64,000 nt of DNA, from assembly GCA_964291295.2 (NCBI GenBank), contig OZ219754.1, forward strand, positions 3,552,001 through 3,616,000. The letters are read 5' to 3'. The notes beneath the pieces were generated by a model. That model did no database searches and was not told the DNA's origin. It saw only the letters and a program-made list of their open reading frames with translations. Shown here piece after piece: positions 10,941-23,364 of the stretch. The position numbers were made by a program, and so were the translations under genes. Positions within the stretch are counted from its first letter, which is position 1. Each line of letters begins with the position of its first letter. This DNA comes from an uncultured Candidatus Binatia bacterium. Its GTDB lineage: Bacteria; Desulfobacterota; Binatia; UBA9968; JAJDTQ01.

Positions 10941-12716
10941 TTACGCCGGCAGGACGGCGTCCACATCCTCTCCCTTTTTCCGCGAACCCTTGCGTGCGGT
11001 CTTCAGCTTCGGCGGATCCTCCAGCATCATCTCGTGCTGCGCGCCGCCGGCCGGGATCATCGGATAGCAGTTCTCGAACCTGTCGATGGCGAAGTTCATC
11101 AGCACCGGACCCTTGTGCTTCAGCCCTTCCTTCAACACCCCCTCCACGTCCGCAGGCCCCTCCGAGTGAAGGCCGAGGATCCCGTACGCTTCCGCCAGCT
11201 TGACGAAGTCGGGGGTGGTGCCCAGGTCGCTGGAAGCGTAGCGCCCCTCGTAGAACAGATCCTGCCACTGCCGCACCATGCCGTGGAACTGGTTGTTGAG
11301 CAGGATGATCTTCACCGGCAGCTTGTAGATGGCGGCCACCGCCAGTTCCTGGAGGTTCATCTGGAAGCTGCCCTCGCTGGTGATGCACAGCACGGTCTTG
11401 CCGGGAAAGGCCTTCTGCGCGCCGATGGCGGCCGGGAATCCGAAGCCCATGGTGCCGAGCCCGCCCGAGGTGAGGAAAGTGCGCTGGGTGGCGCCCCTGA
11501 AGTACTGCGCCGCCCACATCTGGTGCTGGCCCACGTCGGTGACGACGATGGCCTTGTGCCGGGTGAGTTCGTAGGCTTTCTCGATGACGAACTGCGGCTT
11601 GGTCGCCTTGTCGTCTTCCTGCCGGTAGGCGAGCGGATGCCGGGCGGACCATTCGTTCACCTGTGCCTGCCACGGCCTCCGCTGCGCCTTGACGCTGGCG
11701 GGATTGCCGTCCATGGAACCGAGCACGTTCACCAGTTCCCGCAGCACCTGCTTGACGTCGCCCACGATGGGAATGTGGGCATGGACGTTCTTCTTGATGG
11801 AGGTGGGGTCGATGTCGATGTGGATCACCCGGGCCCGAGGCGAAAACTCGGACAGCTTGCCGGTCACGCGGTCGTCGAAGCGCGCGCCCACCGCGATCAG
11901 CAGATCGGCCTCGTGCATGGCCATGTTGGCGCAGTAGGTGCCGTGCATGCCGAGCATGCCCATGCACAGCGGATGGGTTCCGGGAAACGCGCCCAGTCCC
12001 ATGACCGTCATGGTCAACGGGATCTGCGTCAGCTCCGCGAACTCCCGGACCTCGTTGGCCGCACCGGAGAAGATCGCCCCGCCACCGACGTAGATGACCG
12101 GCCGCCTGGCCTTCAGAATCTCGCTGGCCGCCTGCTTGATCTGATGGCGATTGCCGGTCACCGTGGGACGGTATCCCCGGAGGTCGACCTTGTCGGGATA
12201 GCGGAACTCGGTGGACTCGGTGCTCACGTCCTTGGGAATGTCCACCAGCACCGGACCGGGACGGCCCGTGTTGGCGATGTAGAAGGCCTCCTTGATGGTG
12301 GCCGCGAGGTCGGCCACATCCTTCACCAGGACGTTGTGCTTGGTGCAGGGACGGCTGATGCCGATGTTGTCGGCTTCCTGGAACGCGTCGTTGCCGATGA
12401 GGCTGGTGGGAACCTGACCCGTGAAGGCCACCAGCGGGACGGAATCCATCATGGCGTCCGCGAGGCCGGTGACGATGTTGGTCATGCCCGGACCCGAGGT
12501 CACCAGCGCGACACCCGCCTTTCCGGTGGCCTTGGCATGGCCCTCGGCCATATGTATCGCGCCTTGCTCGTGCCGGGTCAGAATCACCTCGACGTCCTTC
12601 TGCTGGTGCAGGACGTCGAACAGCTTGAGGACCACGCCGCCGGGAATGCCGAAGAGGGTCTTCACTCCCTCGCGTTTGAGCGACTCCACGAATATTTCCG
12701 ACCCGGTCAAGTGCAT
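10941..12716 (-). CDS. ilvB: acetolactate synthase large subunit, biosynthetic
   Basis: RHEQGA, TSGPG, GRPGPVLVDIPKD, DVGQHQMW, SGGLGTMGFG, GMVRQWQ. Confidence 0.97.
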   Translation of the reverse strand: MHLTGSEIFVESLKREGVKTLFGIPGGVVLKLFDVLHQQKDVEVILTRHEQGAIHMAEGHAKATGKAGVALVTSGPGMTNIVTGLADAMMDSVPLVAFTGQVPTSLIGNDAFQEADNIGISRPCTKHNVLVKDVADLAATIKEAFYIANTGRPGPVLVDIPKDVSTESTEFRYPDKVDLRGYRPTVTGNRHQIKQAASEILKARRPVIYVGGGAIFSGAANEVREFAELTQIPLTMTVMGLGAFPGTHPLCMGMLGMHGTYCANMAMHEADLLIAVGARFDDRVTGKLSEFSPRARVIHIDIDPTSIKKNVHAHIPIVGDVKQVLRELVNVLGSMDGNPASVKAQRRPWQAQVNEWSARHPLAYRQEDDKATKPQFVIEKAYELTRHKAIVVTDVGQHQMWAAQYFRGATQRTFLTSGGLGTMGFGFPAAIGAQKAFPGKTVLCITSEGSFQMNLQELAVAAIYKLPVKIILLNNQFHGMVRQWQDLFYEGRYASSDLGTTPDFVKLAEAYGILGLHSEGPADVEGVLKEGLKHKGPVLMNFAIDRFENCYPMIPAGGAQHEMMLEDPPKLKTARKGSRKKGEDVDAVLPA

Positions 12717-12736
12717 CTTTCTCTCCCTGACTCCTG

Positions 12737-12964
12737 CTAGCTCGCCGACTTGTACTTGTCGAGAATCTGCATGATCCTGTCCTTGCCCACGAGCTTGAGC
12801 TTCTGGATGCGCTTCCTTTCCATCTCCTCTTCGGGTGACAGGTGGCCTCTGTCGTGAAGATCCAGCAACCGCTTCTCGTACTCCAGGTGCTCTTCGTAAT
12901 ATTGGCGCAGTTCCGGATCCTTATCCAGGACAGCGGCTATCATTCGCTCCTCCCGCTCCTCCAT
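12737..12964 (-). CDS. small coiled-coil protein, DUF465/YdcH-like
   Basis: 75 aa, EH..YEKRL...LSPEEEMERKRIQKLKL.GKDRI; GGAGG RBS. Confidence 0.7.
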   Translation of the reverse strand: MEEREERMIAAVLDKDPELRQYYEEHLEYEKRLLDLHDRGHLSPEEEMERKRIQKLKLVGKDRIMQILDKYKSAS

Positions 12965-13075
12965 TGAACCACCTCCCGGGCAAGGTTTTGAGAAAACGAC
13001 AAAATCTATCCAACCACCGGATTTTTGTCAACGAGTGACCGCTGGGCGACCCCGGCCAGCCAGCGAGATCCGGGA

Positions 13076-13840
13076 TCAGGAGTGCGGCGGCGAAACCCGG
13101 GACCCGGAGCCCGGCGGTTTCCCGGCCGCGGCGTCCGGCGGGCGTATGTAGCGGGGAATCAGCGGCTCGGCCGCGATGGCAGGCGCGGTCCGGTACCGTC
13201 CCTCGGCGATGCCGGCGACGGCGGAGGCGGTGCTTGGAAGATCGGTTCCCGCCATGATCCGGGCGTGGCCGCCGGTGCAGCGGCGGATCACGTCGGCGTG
13301 GGCCTGGGCGCCGGCGCCGACAAACACGCACGGCCCCTTTGCCAACCCACTCACCCGCCGCACCATGGATTCCGGCGGCGCCAGGCAATCCTCCATCCGA
13401 CACTCGAACGCCGCCGCCGTGCGGCGGTAGAGGGAGCCGTAGACTTCGCCCTTGCGCGCGTCCAGCAGCGGGCATATGAAAGCCGCGCCGTCGTCCGGGC
13501 CGGGCATCCGATACGCCATCGCCTCCAGGGTCGGTATCCCGACCACCGGGGTATCCGAACCATAGACCAAGCCCTTGACCGTGCTGATGCCGATCCTCAG
13601 GCCGGTGAAGGAGCCGGGTCCCACGGCGACTCCCACGAGCGAGAGGCTCGAAAAGCCGGCGCCGGCCCGCTGGAGCACCTCCTCGATGATGGGGATCAGG
13701 CCTTCCGCATGATTCGACCGGCCCGGCCGGCGGTCCTTCGGCGGCGCGGACTCCCGTACGCACTCCGCCACGAGCCCGCCATCTTCCAGGACCGCGGCGC
13801 TCAGCCGTGCCGTCGACGTGTCGAGTCCGAGTACCCTCAC
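13076..13840 (-). CDS. tsaB: tRNA threonylcarbamoyladenosine biosynthesis protein TsaB
   Basis: LGLDTST, GPGSFTGLRIG, LDARKGEVY, P.YIR. Confidence 0.93.
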   Translation of the reverse strand: MRVLGLDTSTARLSAAVLEDGGLVAECVRESAPPKDRRPGRSNHAEGLIPIIEEVLQRAGAGFSSLSLVGVAVGPGSFTGLRIGISTVKGLVYGSDTPVVGIPTLEAMAYRMPGPDDGAAFICPLLDARKGEVYGSLYRRTAAAFECRMEDCLAPPESMVRRVSGLAKGPCVFVGAGAQAHADVIRRCTGGHARIMAGTDLPSTASAVAGIAEGRYRTAPAIAAEPLIPRYIRPPDAAAGKPPGSGSRVSPPHS

Positions 13841-13862
13841 GGCTCCCGTTCCAGTCGTCCCG

Positions 13863-14939
13863 TCAACTTCCGAAGATACGGGCCAGGTCGTTGTAGAACG
13901 CGTAGACCATGACGAAGAGCAGGACCACCAGGCCCACCTGCTGCGCCCGTTCCCGTTGCCGTGCCTCGACGGGTTTGCCGCGCACGGCCTCGATCAGGAA
14001 GAACAGCAGATGCCCGCCGTCCAGCACCGGGATCGGCAGCAGGTTCAGGACGCCAAGATTTATACTCAGCAATGCCATCAGGAGCAGGTAGTCCGCCAGA
14101 CCCCGTCGTGCCTGCTGGCCGGCCAACTGGGCGATCATCAGGGGACCGCCGAGATTCGCCGAATCCACCCGCCCGGTCACCATCTTGACCAGCACCTCCA
14201 CCGTGAGCAACGAGAAATCCATCGTCCGGGTCACCGCCAGCCAGCCCGCGGTCAGCGGATTCCCCCTTTCCATCTCCATGGCTCCGGTGCCTTGTATGCC
14301 CACAAGCCAGGTCTCCTCGGGCTCGCCCAGACGGTTCCGCGTCTGTCCCCGCACGGGGCTCAGCGTGACCGCGAATTCCCGGTCGCCGCGGACCACCCCC
14401 AGGTCCAGGGGACGCCCCTGGCTCGCCTGGACCCCGCGCGACAGTTCATCCCAGGACCGGACGGGACGGTCGCCCACCATGACGACCCGGTCTCCCGCCT
14501 GGAGCCCGGCGCCGGCGGCCGGGGAGCCCGGCTGCACGCCGCCGATCTCCGCGGTCCGGTAAGGCACCCCGAAGAAAAGGAAAACGCACAGGAACACCGC
14601 CATGGCCAGCAGAAAGTTCGCACCGGGCCCGGCCGCCACGATAGCGGCTCGAGTGGCCAGCCCACGATGGGCGAAGGACTGGTTCCGGGCGGCGAACGCG
14701 ACCGGCTCACCGGGGTTCTCGCCCACCATCTTGACGTAGCCTCCCAGCGGGAAGGCGCTCACGCAGTATTCCGTTTCGCCGCGCCGGCGGACCCATACCT
14801 TCGGGCCGAAGCCGATGGAGAAGGTCAAGACGCCCACGCCGGCCTTCTTGGCCACGAGGAAGTGGCCCAGCTCGTGAAGGAACACCAGTACGCCGAAGGC
14901 GACAACCGCGGCGGCGATCATGTAGATGATGTCGATCAC
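13863..14939 (-). CDS. rseP: RIP metalloprotease RseP
   Basis: HELGH, FPLGGYVKM, PDZ domain, NLLPIPVLDGGH; GTGA overlap with dxr. Confidence 0.95.
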   Translation of the reverse strand: MIDIIYMIAAAVVAFGVLVFLHELGHFLVAKKAGVGVLTFSIGFGPKVWVRRRGETEYCVSAFPLGGYVKMVGENPGEPVAFAARNQSFAHRGLATRAAIVAAGPGANFLLAMAVFLCVFLFFGVPYRTAEIGGVQPGSPAAGAGLQAGDRVVMVGDRPVRSWDELSRGVQASQGRPLDLGVVRGDREFAVTLSPVRGQTRNRLGEPEETWLVGIQGTGAMEMERGNPLTAGWLAVTRTMDFSLLTVEVLVKMVTGRVDSANLGGPLMIAQLAGQQARRGLADYLLLMALLSINLGVLNLLPIPVLDGGHLLFFLIEAVRGKPVEARQRERAQQVGLVVLLFVMVYAFYNDLARIFGS

Positions 14940-16102
14940 GTCGCCACTCCGTCCTGCTGCACGAGATTCCGGGCGAACGACCGGGACCATTGATCGGCGG
15001 CAAGGATCTGCCGCACGGTTCTCGGCTTGATGGGTTCGTGAGCGTTCATGGTCTCCCGGCTGATCTCGTGGATTCGGCGAAAACCGATGCGACCGTCCAG
15101 AAAGGCGTCCACCGCCACCTCGTTGGCCGCGTTGAGAACGGGCGGAACCGTACCGCCCCGCTCCAGGGCGCCGTAGGCGATGTCCAGCGCCGGATAGCGC
15201 CGGCGCTCCACCTTCAGAAAGGTGAGATCCCCCTGTTCGGGCAGGTTCAACGGCGCCAGCCCGGTCTCGAGCCGCTCGGGATAGGACAGCGCGTAGGCGA
15301 TGGGGATGCGCATGTCGGGTACGCCGAGTTGCGCCATGACCGCGCCGTCACGGTAACGCACCATGGAGTGGACGATGCTCTGCGGGTGTATCATCACCTC
15401 CACCCGCTCCGCCGGCACGCCGAACAGCCAGCATGCCTCGATCACCTCCAACCCCTTGTTCATCATGGTGGCGGAATCGATGGTGATCTTCGGACCCATC
15501 TTCCAGGTGGGATGCCGCAGCGCCTGGCGGATGGTCACGCGGCGCAACTCCGGGAGCGGCGTGCGCAGGAACGGCCCTCCGGAGGCGGTGAGGATGATCT
15601 TGTCGACGTCGTCCCGGCGGTTCCCCTCAAGACACTGGAACACCGCGCTGTGCTCGCTGTCCACCGGCAGGAGCCGCACCCCCCGCTTCCAGGCCTCCCG
15701 GACCAGCAACTCGCCGGACATGACCAGCGCCTCCTTGTTGGCCAGCCCCACGTCCTTGCCCGCCCGCACGGCGGCGAGGGTCGGCACCAGTCCCGCGCTG
15801 CCGACGATGGCCGCGAGCACGAAGTCCGCCGTGGGTTCCGCCGCCGTGGCCGCCGCCCCTTCCTCGCCGTGGACGACCTCGACCCTGCGGCGCCCCATGA
15901 GCTTGCGCAGGACATCGACATCCTCCGGGTGCCGGACGCTGACCATGCGCGGGGAGAACTCGGCCACCTGCCGCGCCAGCAACTCCAGGTTGCGCCCTGC
16001 CACCAGTCCGCTGACCTTGAACCGTCCCTTGAAGGTCCGGATCACGTCAAGGGCGTTGACGCCGATGGTTCCGGTGGATCCCAGGATGACGATGGATTTC
16101 AT
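14936..16102 (-). CDS. dxr: 1-deoxy-D-xylulose 5-phosphate reductoisomerase
   Basis: LGSTGTIG, LANKE, PVDSEHSA, LTASGGPF, WKMGPKITIDSATMMNKGLE. Confidence 0.97.
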   Translation of the reverse strand: MKSIVILGSTGTIGVNALDVIRTFKGRFKVSGLVAGRNLELLARQVAEFSPRMVSVRHPEDVDVLRKLMGRRRVEVVHGEEGAAATAAEPTADFVLAAIVGSAGLVPTLAAVRAGKDVGLANKEALVMSGELLVREAWKRGVRLLPVDSEHSAVFQCLEGNRRDDVDKIILTASGGPFLRTPLPELRRVTIRQALRHPTWKMGPKITIDSATMMNKGLEVIEACWLFGVPAERVEVMIHPQSIVHSMVRYRDGAVMAQLGVPDMRIPIAYALSYPERLETGLAPLNLPEQGDLTFLKVERRRYPALDIAYGALERGGTVPPVLNAANEVAVDAFLDGRIGFRRIHEISRETMNAHEPIKPRTVRQILAADQWSRSFARNLVQQDGVAT

Positions 16103-16901
16103 GATGGCAGGAACCGCAGCCAGCAGGTACTCAGGACTCCCGGAAAGATGAGGCTGTCAAGCCGGTCCATGAGGCCGCCGTGGCCGGGCAGGATCACGCC
16201 CGAGTCCTTGACCGAGAAGCTCCGCTTGATCAGCGACTCGAACAGGTCGCCCAGTTGAGCGATGAGGACAATGGCCAGTGAAAGCCCCAGGACCGGACCG
16301 GAAGGCGCGGCCAGCAGCCATCCACCCGACAGCCATCCGACGGCGACGCCCGCAACGGTGGCCGCCACCGACCCTTCGACGGTCTTTCCCGGACTGACTG
16401 AAGGATACAACTTTCTTCGGCCCAGGGCGACACCGGCCAGATAACCGGCGCTGTCGGCCGAAAAAACCACGATCAACAGCCACAGCACCCATTGGTAACC
16501 GCCGCGGTAAAGCACCGTCAGATGCGGGAACAGGTAACCCAGGTAAACAGCACCGGCCAGCGCCAGCCCGAGATGGCGAAAGCGTTCCTCGACCGTGCCG
16601 CCTGCGAACACGAACACCGTGAACAGACCCGTCGCGATGACCGGGAACAGGCCGGACAGCCCGGGCACCACCAGGGTGAGCGACAGCAGCATGCCGGCGG
16701 TGACCCCGGTGGCACGCACCCACCCATGGTCGGGAAAGGCCATGTGGAAGTACTCGAGGAGCGCGATGAGGGTGAGGAGTTCGATGAACGACGCGAACAG
16801 CCAGACGTTGTCCAGGACGACGATCCCGAACACGAGGGGGATTCCGGCCAGCGCGGTCCATACCCGGGCGCGCATCGAGTGTCGTATCTCCGGCACGGAC
16901 G

Positions 16902-16905
<4 letters not shown>
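16099..16905 (-). CDS. cdsA: phosphatidate cytidylyltransferase
   Basis: SPGKTVEG, GDLFESLIKRSFSVKDSGVILPGHGGLMDRLDS. Confidence 0.95.
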
Positions 16906-17645
<740 letters not shown>

Positions 17646-17707
17646 TCCGGAAAAGGCAGGCGTGGCCGAAGGATGCGGCCCCGGTGTCCGGTACGGACTC
17701 CGGCCCA

Positions 17708-18265
17708 CTAGACCTCCATGATCTCCTCTTCCTTGGCCTTGAGGAAGCCGTCCACCTTGCCGACGAACTCGGCGGTGATTTTCTGGATGCGACCCTGGCC
17801 CTGCTTCACCTCGTCCTCGGTGATCTCCTTGTCCTTCTGCATCTCCTTCAACGCGTCGATGGCGTCGCGCCGGTGGTTTCGTACCGAGACACGATAGTCT
17901 TCCGCAGTCTTGCGCACCTGCTTTACCAACTCCTTGCGCCGCTCGCCGCTGAGTTCCGGAATCGGCACCCGGATCAACTGGCCGTCATTGGACGGCGTCA
18001 GGCCGAGACCCGCCTTGAGGATGGATCTCTCGATGCCGGCGATGGCGCTGCGGTCGTAGGCCTGAATCGTCACCAGCCTGGGCTCGGGCACCGAGATGGT
18101 CGCGATCTGGTTCAACGGGGTCCGGGTGCCGTAATATTCCACCGCAACCCCCTCGAAAAGGGCGGCCGAAGCCCGGCCGGTGCGCACGTGCCCCAACTCC
18201 CGGCGCATGGCCGCCAAGGTCCGCTCCAGCTCTTCCTGGAACTCGCGGTAGAAGGCATCGTCCAT
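17708..18265 (-). CDS. frr: ribosome recycling factor
   Basis: RTGRAS, VEYYG, IPELSGERRKELVK, VRNHRRDA. Confidence 0.96.
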   Translation of the reverse strand: MDDAFYREFQEELERTLAAMRRELGHVRTGRASAALFEGVAVEYYGTRTPLNQIATISVPEPRLVTIQAYDRSAIAGIERSILKAGLGLTPSNDGQLIRVPIPELSGERRKELVKQVRKTAEDYRVSVRNHRRDAIDALKEMQKDKEITEDEVKQGQGRIQKITAEFVGKVDGFLKAKEEEIMEV

Positions 18266-18275
18266 GGTTCACCTG

Positions 18276-19019
18276 TCAGCTTGCGTGTTCCCGGTCCCCG
18301 ACACCTACCAGCGTGCCGATGGGCTGACCGCTCACTACCCTGCGTATGTTGCCCCGCTCCATGACATTGAAGACGATGATGGGAAGCTTGTTGTCCATGC
18401 AAAGCGAAATGGCGGTGGCGTCCATCACCTTGAGCTCCCTGCTCAGCACCTCCATGTGGGTCAACTCACGGAAGAGCTTCGCGCCATGATTCTTCAACGG
18501 GTCGGTGTCGTAGACGCCCGGGACCTTGGTGGCCTTCAGGATGACCTCGGCGCCCACCTCCATGGCGCGCAGGCTCGCGGTCGTGTCCGTGGTGAAATAG
18601 GGATTGCCGGTTCCGCCCGCGAAGATGACGACCCGACCCTTCTCCAAGTGCCGCACTGCCCGCCGGCGTATGTACAACTCGGCCACCTGACGCATCTCGA
18701 TGGCCGACATGACGCGGGTCGAGACACCGACCTTCTCCAGCGCGTCCTGGAGTGCGATGCTGTTGATGACCGTGGCCAGCATGCCCATGTAGTCGGCGCT
18801 GGCCCGATCAATGCCGTGGTCACTGGCCTCGGCACCGCGCAGGATGTTGCCGCCGCCGATCACCAGGGCGATCTCGCAACCGAGTTCGTGGACCTCGCGA
18901 ATCTCCTCCACGAACCGCATGACAGTGACGGGGTCGATGCCGTACTGGCGCTCGCCGGCCAGTACCTCCCCCGTGATCTTGAGAATGACTCGCTTGTATC
19001 TCAACTCGAGGGCGGTCAT
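18276..19019 (-). CDS. pyrH: UMP kinase
   Basis: [30 protein letters not shown]. Confidence 0.96.
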   Translation of the reverse strand: MTALELRYKRVILKITGEVLAGERQYGIDPVTVMRFVEEIREVHELGCEIALVIGGGNILRGAEASDHGIDRASADYMGMLATVINSIALQDALEKVGVSTRVMSAIEMRQVAELYIRRRAVRHLEKGRVVIFAGGTGNPYFTTDTTASLRAMEVGAEVILKATKVPGVYDTDPLKNHGAKLFRELTHMEVLSRELKVMDATAISLCMDNKLPIIVFNVMERGNIRRVVSGQPIGTLVGVGDREHAS

Positions 19020-19030
19020 TCGGTGGGATC

Positions 19031-19636
19031 CTACTCCCTCATCCCCTCGCCGACGGAGTATCGAACGAAGCGCCTGACGCGAATGTTCTCGCCCAGGCGC
19101 GCGATGGCGTCCTGTATCAGATCCCCGACCCGGCGGCCGGGCTCCTTGATGAAGGCCTGCTCCATGAGACAAGCCTCCTCGTAGAAACGCTCCATCTTGC
19201 CGTCGACGATCTTCGACAGCACCGCCTCGGGTTTGTTCAACTCCTCGGCCTGCTGCCGGAAGATCGCCTTCTCCCGCTCCAGTTCCTCCTGGCCGACCTC
19301 TTCTCGGCGTACGTAGCGCGGGTTGGCGGCCGCCACCTGCATGGAAAGATCTTTTACCAGGGCCTGGAACTCCTCCGTGCGAGCCACGAAGTCGGTCTCG
19401 CAATTCACTTCCAGGAGGACGCCGATCCTGTTCCCGCCGTGGATGTAGGAGCCCACCAGCCCTTCGCTGGCCTCGCGCTCGGACTTGCGCGCGGCCAGCG
19501 CCAGCCCCTTCGCTCTCAAGTGATCCACCGACTTCTCGAAGTCACCCTCGCACTCCACCAAGGCCTTCTTGCAGTCCATGAACCCCGCGCCCGTCTTGTC
19601 TCGCAACTGTTTGACCCTGCTCGCATCAATGGCCAT
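19031..19636 (-). CDS. tsf: elongation factor Ts (short form)
   Basis: [29 protein letters not shown]. Confidence 0.96.
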   Translation of the reverse strand: MAIDASRVKQLRDKTGAGFMDCKKALVECEGDFEKSVDHLRAKGLALAARKSEREASEGLVGSYIHGGNRIGVLLEVNCETDFVARTEEFQALVKDLSMQVAAANPRYVRREEVGQEELEREKAIFRQQAEELNKPEAVLSKIVDGKMERFYEEACLMEQAFIKEPGRRVGDLIQDAIARLGENIRVRRFVRYSVGEGMRE

Positions 19637-19642
19637 GCCAAC

Positions 19643-20626
19643 TCAGCTCCCCGCCGTGCTCGGCGCATCCGTGGATTTCTCCGTCCCGGACTTCTCCTCG
19701 GCCGACTCCGTCGCGGCAGCCGGTTCCGGGGCTGCCGCGGGCGATTCCGGAGCCGCGGCGGGCTCCGGCACAGCCGCAGGCGTCGATACCGGCACCCCTT
19801 CCGGTACAGCCGTTCCGGCCTCCGCCGTGACCTCCGCTGCTGTCGCCACCGTGTCTGTCGCCACCAGCTCCTCCTCGACCGAACCGCCCTCCGAAGCAGC
19901 CTCGGACCGAGCGGCTTCGGCCTCCATCCTGGCTTGGTCGCACAAAGCCTTGCCCTCGTTGACCGCCTCGGCCATGAGCTTGCAGAAAAGCCGGATGGCG
20001 CGAATCGCATCATCGTTGCCGGGGATCTTGTAATCCACCAGGTCCGGGTCGCAGTCGCTGTCGATGATCGCGATCACCTTGATGCCAAGCTTGCGCGCCT
20101 CCCGCACCGCGATGGCTTCCTGCCCGGGGTCGATGACGAATACCGCATCCGGCAGCTTCCGGATATCCTTGATCCCGCCGAGCGCGCGCTCAAGCTTCGC
20201 CTGTTCGCGGCTGTGCGAGAGCATCTCCTTCTTGGTCAGCGCCTCGACGACCTTGGGGTCGTTGGCCATCTCCTCCAGCTTCTTCAGGCGTTCGATGCTC
20301 TGGCGGACTGTCTGGAAGTTCGTCAGCGTGCCGCCGAGCCAACGATGGTGGACATAGGACATGCCGCAGCGTTCCGCCTCCTCACGAACCGAGTCCTGCG
20401 CCTGCTTCTTGGTCCCCACGAACAGGACGTGGCCCCCGGACATGATCAGATCCCGCACGTGGGCGCAGACATCCTTGATCATCCTTACGGTCTGCTGCAG
20501 GTCGATAATATGAATCCCGTTCCGCGCCCCGAAAATGTAAGGCTTCATCTTGGGATTCCAGCGACTGGTCTGGTGCCCGAAATGGACGCCGGCCTCCAGT
20601 AGCTGCTTCATGGATACATCCGTCAT
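19643..20626 (-). CDS. rpsB: 30S ribosomal protein S2 with long acidic Ala/Pro-rich tail
   Basis: [31 protein letters not shown]. Confidence 0.97.
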   Translation of the reverse strand: MTDVSMKQLLEAGVHFGHQTSRWNPKMKPYIFGARNGIHIIDLQQTVRMIKDVCAHVRDLIMSGGHVLFVGTKKQAQDSVREEAERCGMSYVHHRWLGGTLTNFQTVRQSIERLKKLEEMANDPKVVEALTKKEMLSHSREQAKLERALGGIKDIRKLPDAVFVIDPGQEAIAVREARKLGIKVIAIIDSDCDPDLVDYKIPGNDDAIRAIRLFCKLMAEAVNEGKALCDQARMEAEAARSEAASEGGSVEEELVATDTVATAAEVTAEAGTAVPEGVPVSTPAAVPEPAAAPESPAAAPEPAAATESAEEKSGTEKSTDAPSTAGS

Positions 20627-20793
20627 GGCTGAAGAACCTCGAGTTTTACGTAGCTCGCCATCCTCTTGCCCTGTCTCACAAACCTGGGGGAACCTGCTCG
20701 TTGTATGCTGCCGGGAATGGAAGAAAGGAACGATGGGCTATTAGCAGAATTGGCACCGTCACGCAAGAGAAGCCCGGCAAGGGCGGTGTCCGG

Positions 20794-22155
20794 TCATGTG
20801 TTCATGGACTCCAGAAACTCCTTGTTGTCCCTGGTGCCGTGGAGCTTGTCGAGGAGAAACTCCATCGCCTCGACCACGCTGAGCTGCGACAGCACCTTGC
20901 GGAGGATCCAGATGCGGTTGAGGTCCTCCTTGGGGATCAACAGCTCCTCCTTGCGCGTACCGGACTTGTTGATGTCCACCGCAGGGAACACGCGCTTGTC
21001 CATCAGCCGGCGGTCCAGATTGATCTCCATGTTGCCGGTTCCCTTGAACTCCTCGAAGATCACCTCGTCCATGCGGCTTCCGGTGTCGATCAGAGCCGTC
21101 GCGATGATCGTGAGGCTGCCGCCGTCCTCAATGTTCCGCGCGGCGCCGAAAAACTTCTTCGGCTTGTGCAACGCATTGGAATCGACACCACCGGACAGGA
21201 TCTTGCCGCTGGGCGGCACCACCGTGTTGTAGGCCCGGGCCAGGCGGGTAATGCTGTCAAGCAGGATGATGACGTCCTTGCCGTGCTCCACCAGCCGTTT
21301 GGCCTTCTCGATGATCATTTCGGCCACCTGGACGTGGCGCGTCGCCGGCTCGTCGAAGGTGGAACTGACCACCTCCCCGACCACCGAACGCTGCATGTCG
21401 GTAACTTCTTCCGGACGCTCGTCGATGAGCAGGACGAGAAGAACGGCATCCGGGTGGTTGTGGGCGATGGCCTTGGCGATGTTCTGCAACATCATGGTCT
21501 TGCCGGTCCGTGGCGCCGCCACCACCAGCCCCCGCTGCCCCATGCCGATGGGGGTCAACAAATCGATGAAGCGCGTGGTGTATTCGTCCGCCTGATGTTC
21601 CAGCGTGATGCGTTTGTCAGGATAGAGCGGCGTCAGATTGTCGAAGAGGATCTTGTCACGCACCTTGTCGGGGTGGCCGTTGTTGATGGTCTCGACCTTG
21701 AGGAGGGCGAAATACCGCTCGCCGTCCTTGGGAGGCCGAATCTGGCCGGAAATGATGTCTCCCGTGCGCAGGCCGAAACGCCTGATCTGGCTGGGCGAGA
21801 CGTAAATGTCGTCCGGACCCGGCAGGTAGTTGTAGTCCGGCGCTCTCAGAAAACCGAACCCGTCGGGCAAGGTCTCCAGCACGCCTTCGCCGTACACATA
21901 TCCGTTCTTCTCCGTCTGGGCCTGCAGGATCGCGAATATCAAGTCCTGCCGCCGCATGTTGGCCGCGCTCTCAATGCTGAAACCCTTGCCGATGCTGGCC
22001 AGTTCCGCGATTTTCTTGGCCTTGAGCGAGCCCAGATTCAAGCCGTTCTGGTGCAAGGGCTCGACCGCCGAAGCCGCCCGGCTCCTGCGATGGCCTGGAG
22101 CCGCCTCGTTCTTGGTCTCGCCTTCGCCTGCGGAGCGCGTCCGTACGTTAGCCAT
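20794..22155 (-). CDS. rho: transcription termination factor Rho
   Basis: [47 protein letters not shown]. Confidence 0.98.
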   Translation of the reverse strand: MANVRTRSAGEGETKNEAAPGHRRSRAASAVEPLHQNGLNLGSLKAKKIAELASIGKGFSIESAANMRRQDLIFAILQAQTEKNGYVYGEGVLETLPDGFGFLRAPDYNYLPGPDDIYVSPSQIRRFGLRTGDIISGQIRPPKDGERYFALLKVETINNGHPDKVRDKILFDNLTPLYPDKRITLEHQADEYTTRFIDLLTPIGMGQRGLVVAAPRTGKTMMLQNIAKAIAHNHPDAVLLVLLIDERPEEVTDMQRSVVGEVVSSTFDEPATRHVQVAEMIIEKAKRLVEHGKDVIILLDSITRLARAYNTVVPPSGKILSGGVDSNALHKPKKFFGAARNIEDGGSLTIIATALIDTGSRMDEVIFEEFKGTGNMEINLDRRLMDKRVFPAVDINKSGTRKEELLIPKEDLNRIWILRKVLSQLSVVEAMEFLLDKLHGTRDNKEFLESMNT

Positions 22156-22301
22156 GGAACTTCCTTTCAATCACGCCGCCGGCGGCCCGTCGAAACGGAA
22201 CGAGGGCCGACTGCGAAGCAGGAATCGGATCTGATTTGTCGCAATGATTGATAAAGCGGGTTGGATCGAAACCGACCGGATTCGGCACTGCGGTCAGGAG
22301 A

Positions 22302-23273
22302 CTAGATACTAGGTGATGCCGCCGCCCTTGTCAAGCATGCCGCCTCGGGGATCTCCCGCGCGTTGCCGCTCAATACCCGGCGGGCGCGGCCGACATCCTC
22401 GTCCATCTGCCGTACGAGTCTTTCCACCGAAGGGAACTTCCGTTCCTCCCGAAGTCGTTCCACGAAGAATACCCGCAACCGGCGACCGTACAAATCCTCG
22501 CTGAAATCCATCAGGTGCGTCTCGATGGTTCTGGGGCCCGAACCGAAGGTGGGATTGACACCGATGCTGGTGACGCCGGGCAACCGCCTATCACCCAACC
22601 GAACCCACGTCGCGTAGATTCCGTTGGCCGGCACCACCTCGGTCCTGCTGTGCACATTGGCCGTGGGAAAGCCGAGTTCCCGGCCTCGTCGATGCCCCTC
22701 GACGACAGAACCGGCAACGAAATGGCAACGTCCGAGATGACGCCGGGCGACATCGACCCTGCCTTCTTCCAGCAATGCGCGGATGCGGCTGCTGCTGACG
22801 GCGTGGCCCGAGTCGGCCACGGCCTGGATGACCTCGACCTCCATCCCGGCGGCGGGCCCCCATGCCATGAGTTCCTTGACCGTGCCGGCCCTGTTCCTGC
22901 CAAAACGGAAGTCCTGCCCGACCCACAGCCGTTCGACACCGAGCTGGCCCAGATACCGCCCCACGAAGTCACGCGGCGACAACGCGCAGAAACCCGGCGT
23001 GAAACGCTGAATCACGAGACAGTCGATGCCGGCGCGCCGCAACAGCGCCAATTTGTCCCGGCGCGCCAGGATCAGTCGCGGCGCGAATCCCGGTGCAAGA
23101 ATCTTCAGCGGATGGGGTTCGAACGTCAGAACAACGGCGGACCCGCCGCGCGTCCGCGCGTCCGCCAGCACACGCCGCAGCAGATCCTGATGTCCCAGAT
23201 GCACCCCATCAAAGTTTCCAATGGTCATGACGGGACGAACAAGGGGACGCCTGACGTGCCGCAGTATCTGCAT
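22302..23273 (-). CDS. ribF: bifunctional riboflavin kinase/FAD synthetase
   Basis: IGNFDGVHLGHQ, VSSSRIR, GRELGFPTAN, LREERKF. Confidence 0.95.
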   Translation of the reverse strand: MQILRHVRRPLVRPVMTIGNFDGVHLGHQDLLRRVLADARTRGGSAVVLTFEPHPLKILAPGFAPRLILARRDKLALLRRAGIDCLVIQRFTPGFCALSPRDFVGRYLGQLGVERLWVGQDFRFGRNRAGTVKELMAWGPAAGMEVEVIQAVADSGHAVSSSRIRALLEEGRVDVARRHLGRCHFVAGSVVEGHRRGRELGFPTANVHSRTEVVPANGIYATWVRLGDRRLPGVTSIGVNPTFGSGPRTIETHLMDFSEDLYGRRLRVFFVERLREERKFPSVERLVRQMDEDVGRARRVLSGNAREIPEAACLTRAAASPSI

Positions 23274-23364
23274 CGTTGTTCCTGGAAGGCGTCCGTGAAG
23301 GCTCGGCCGGTGCAGGACTCGAAACCCGTCGCTTGCTCTCACGCAACGATCCACCGATCGGGGA

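Noticed and set aside
20627-20793. rpsB autoregulatory leader RNA
   Set aside because: Plausible by position, but no conserved structure could be identified by eye
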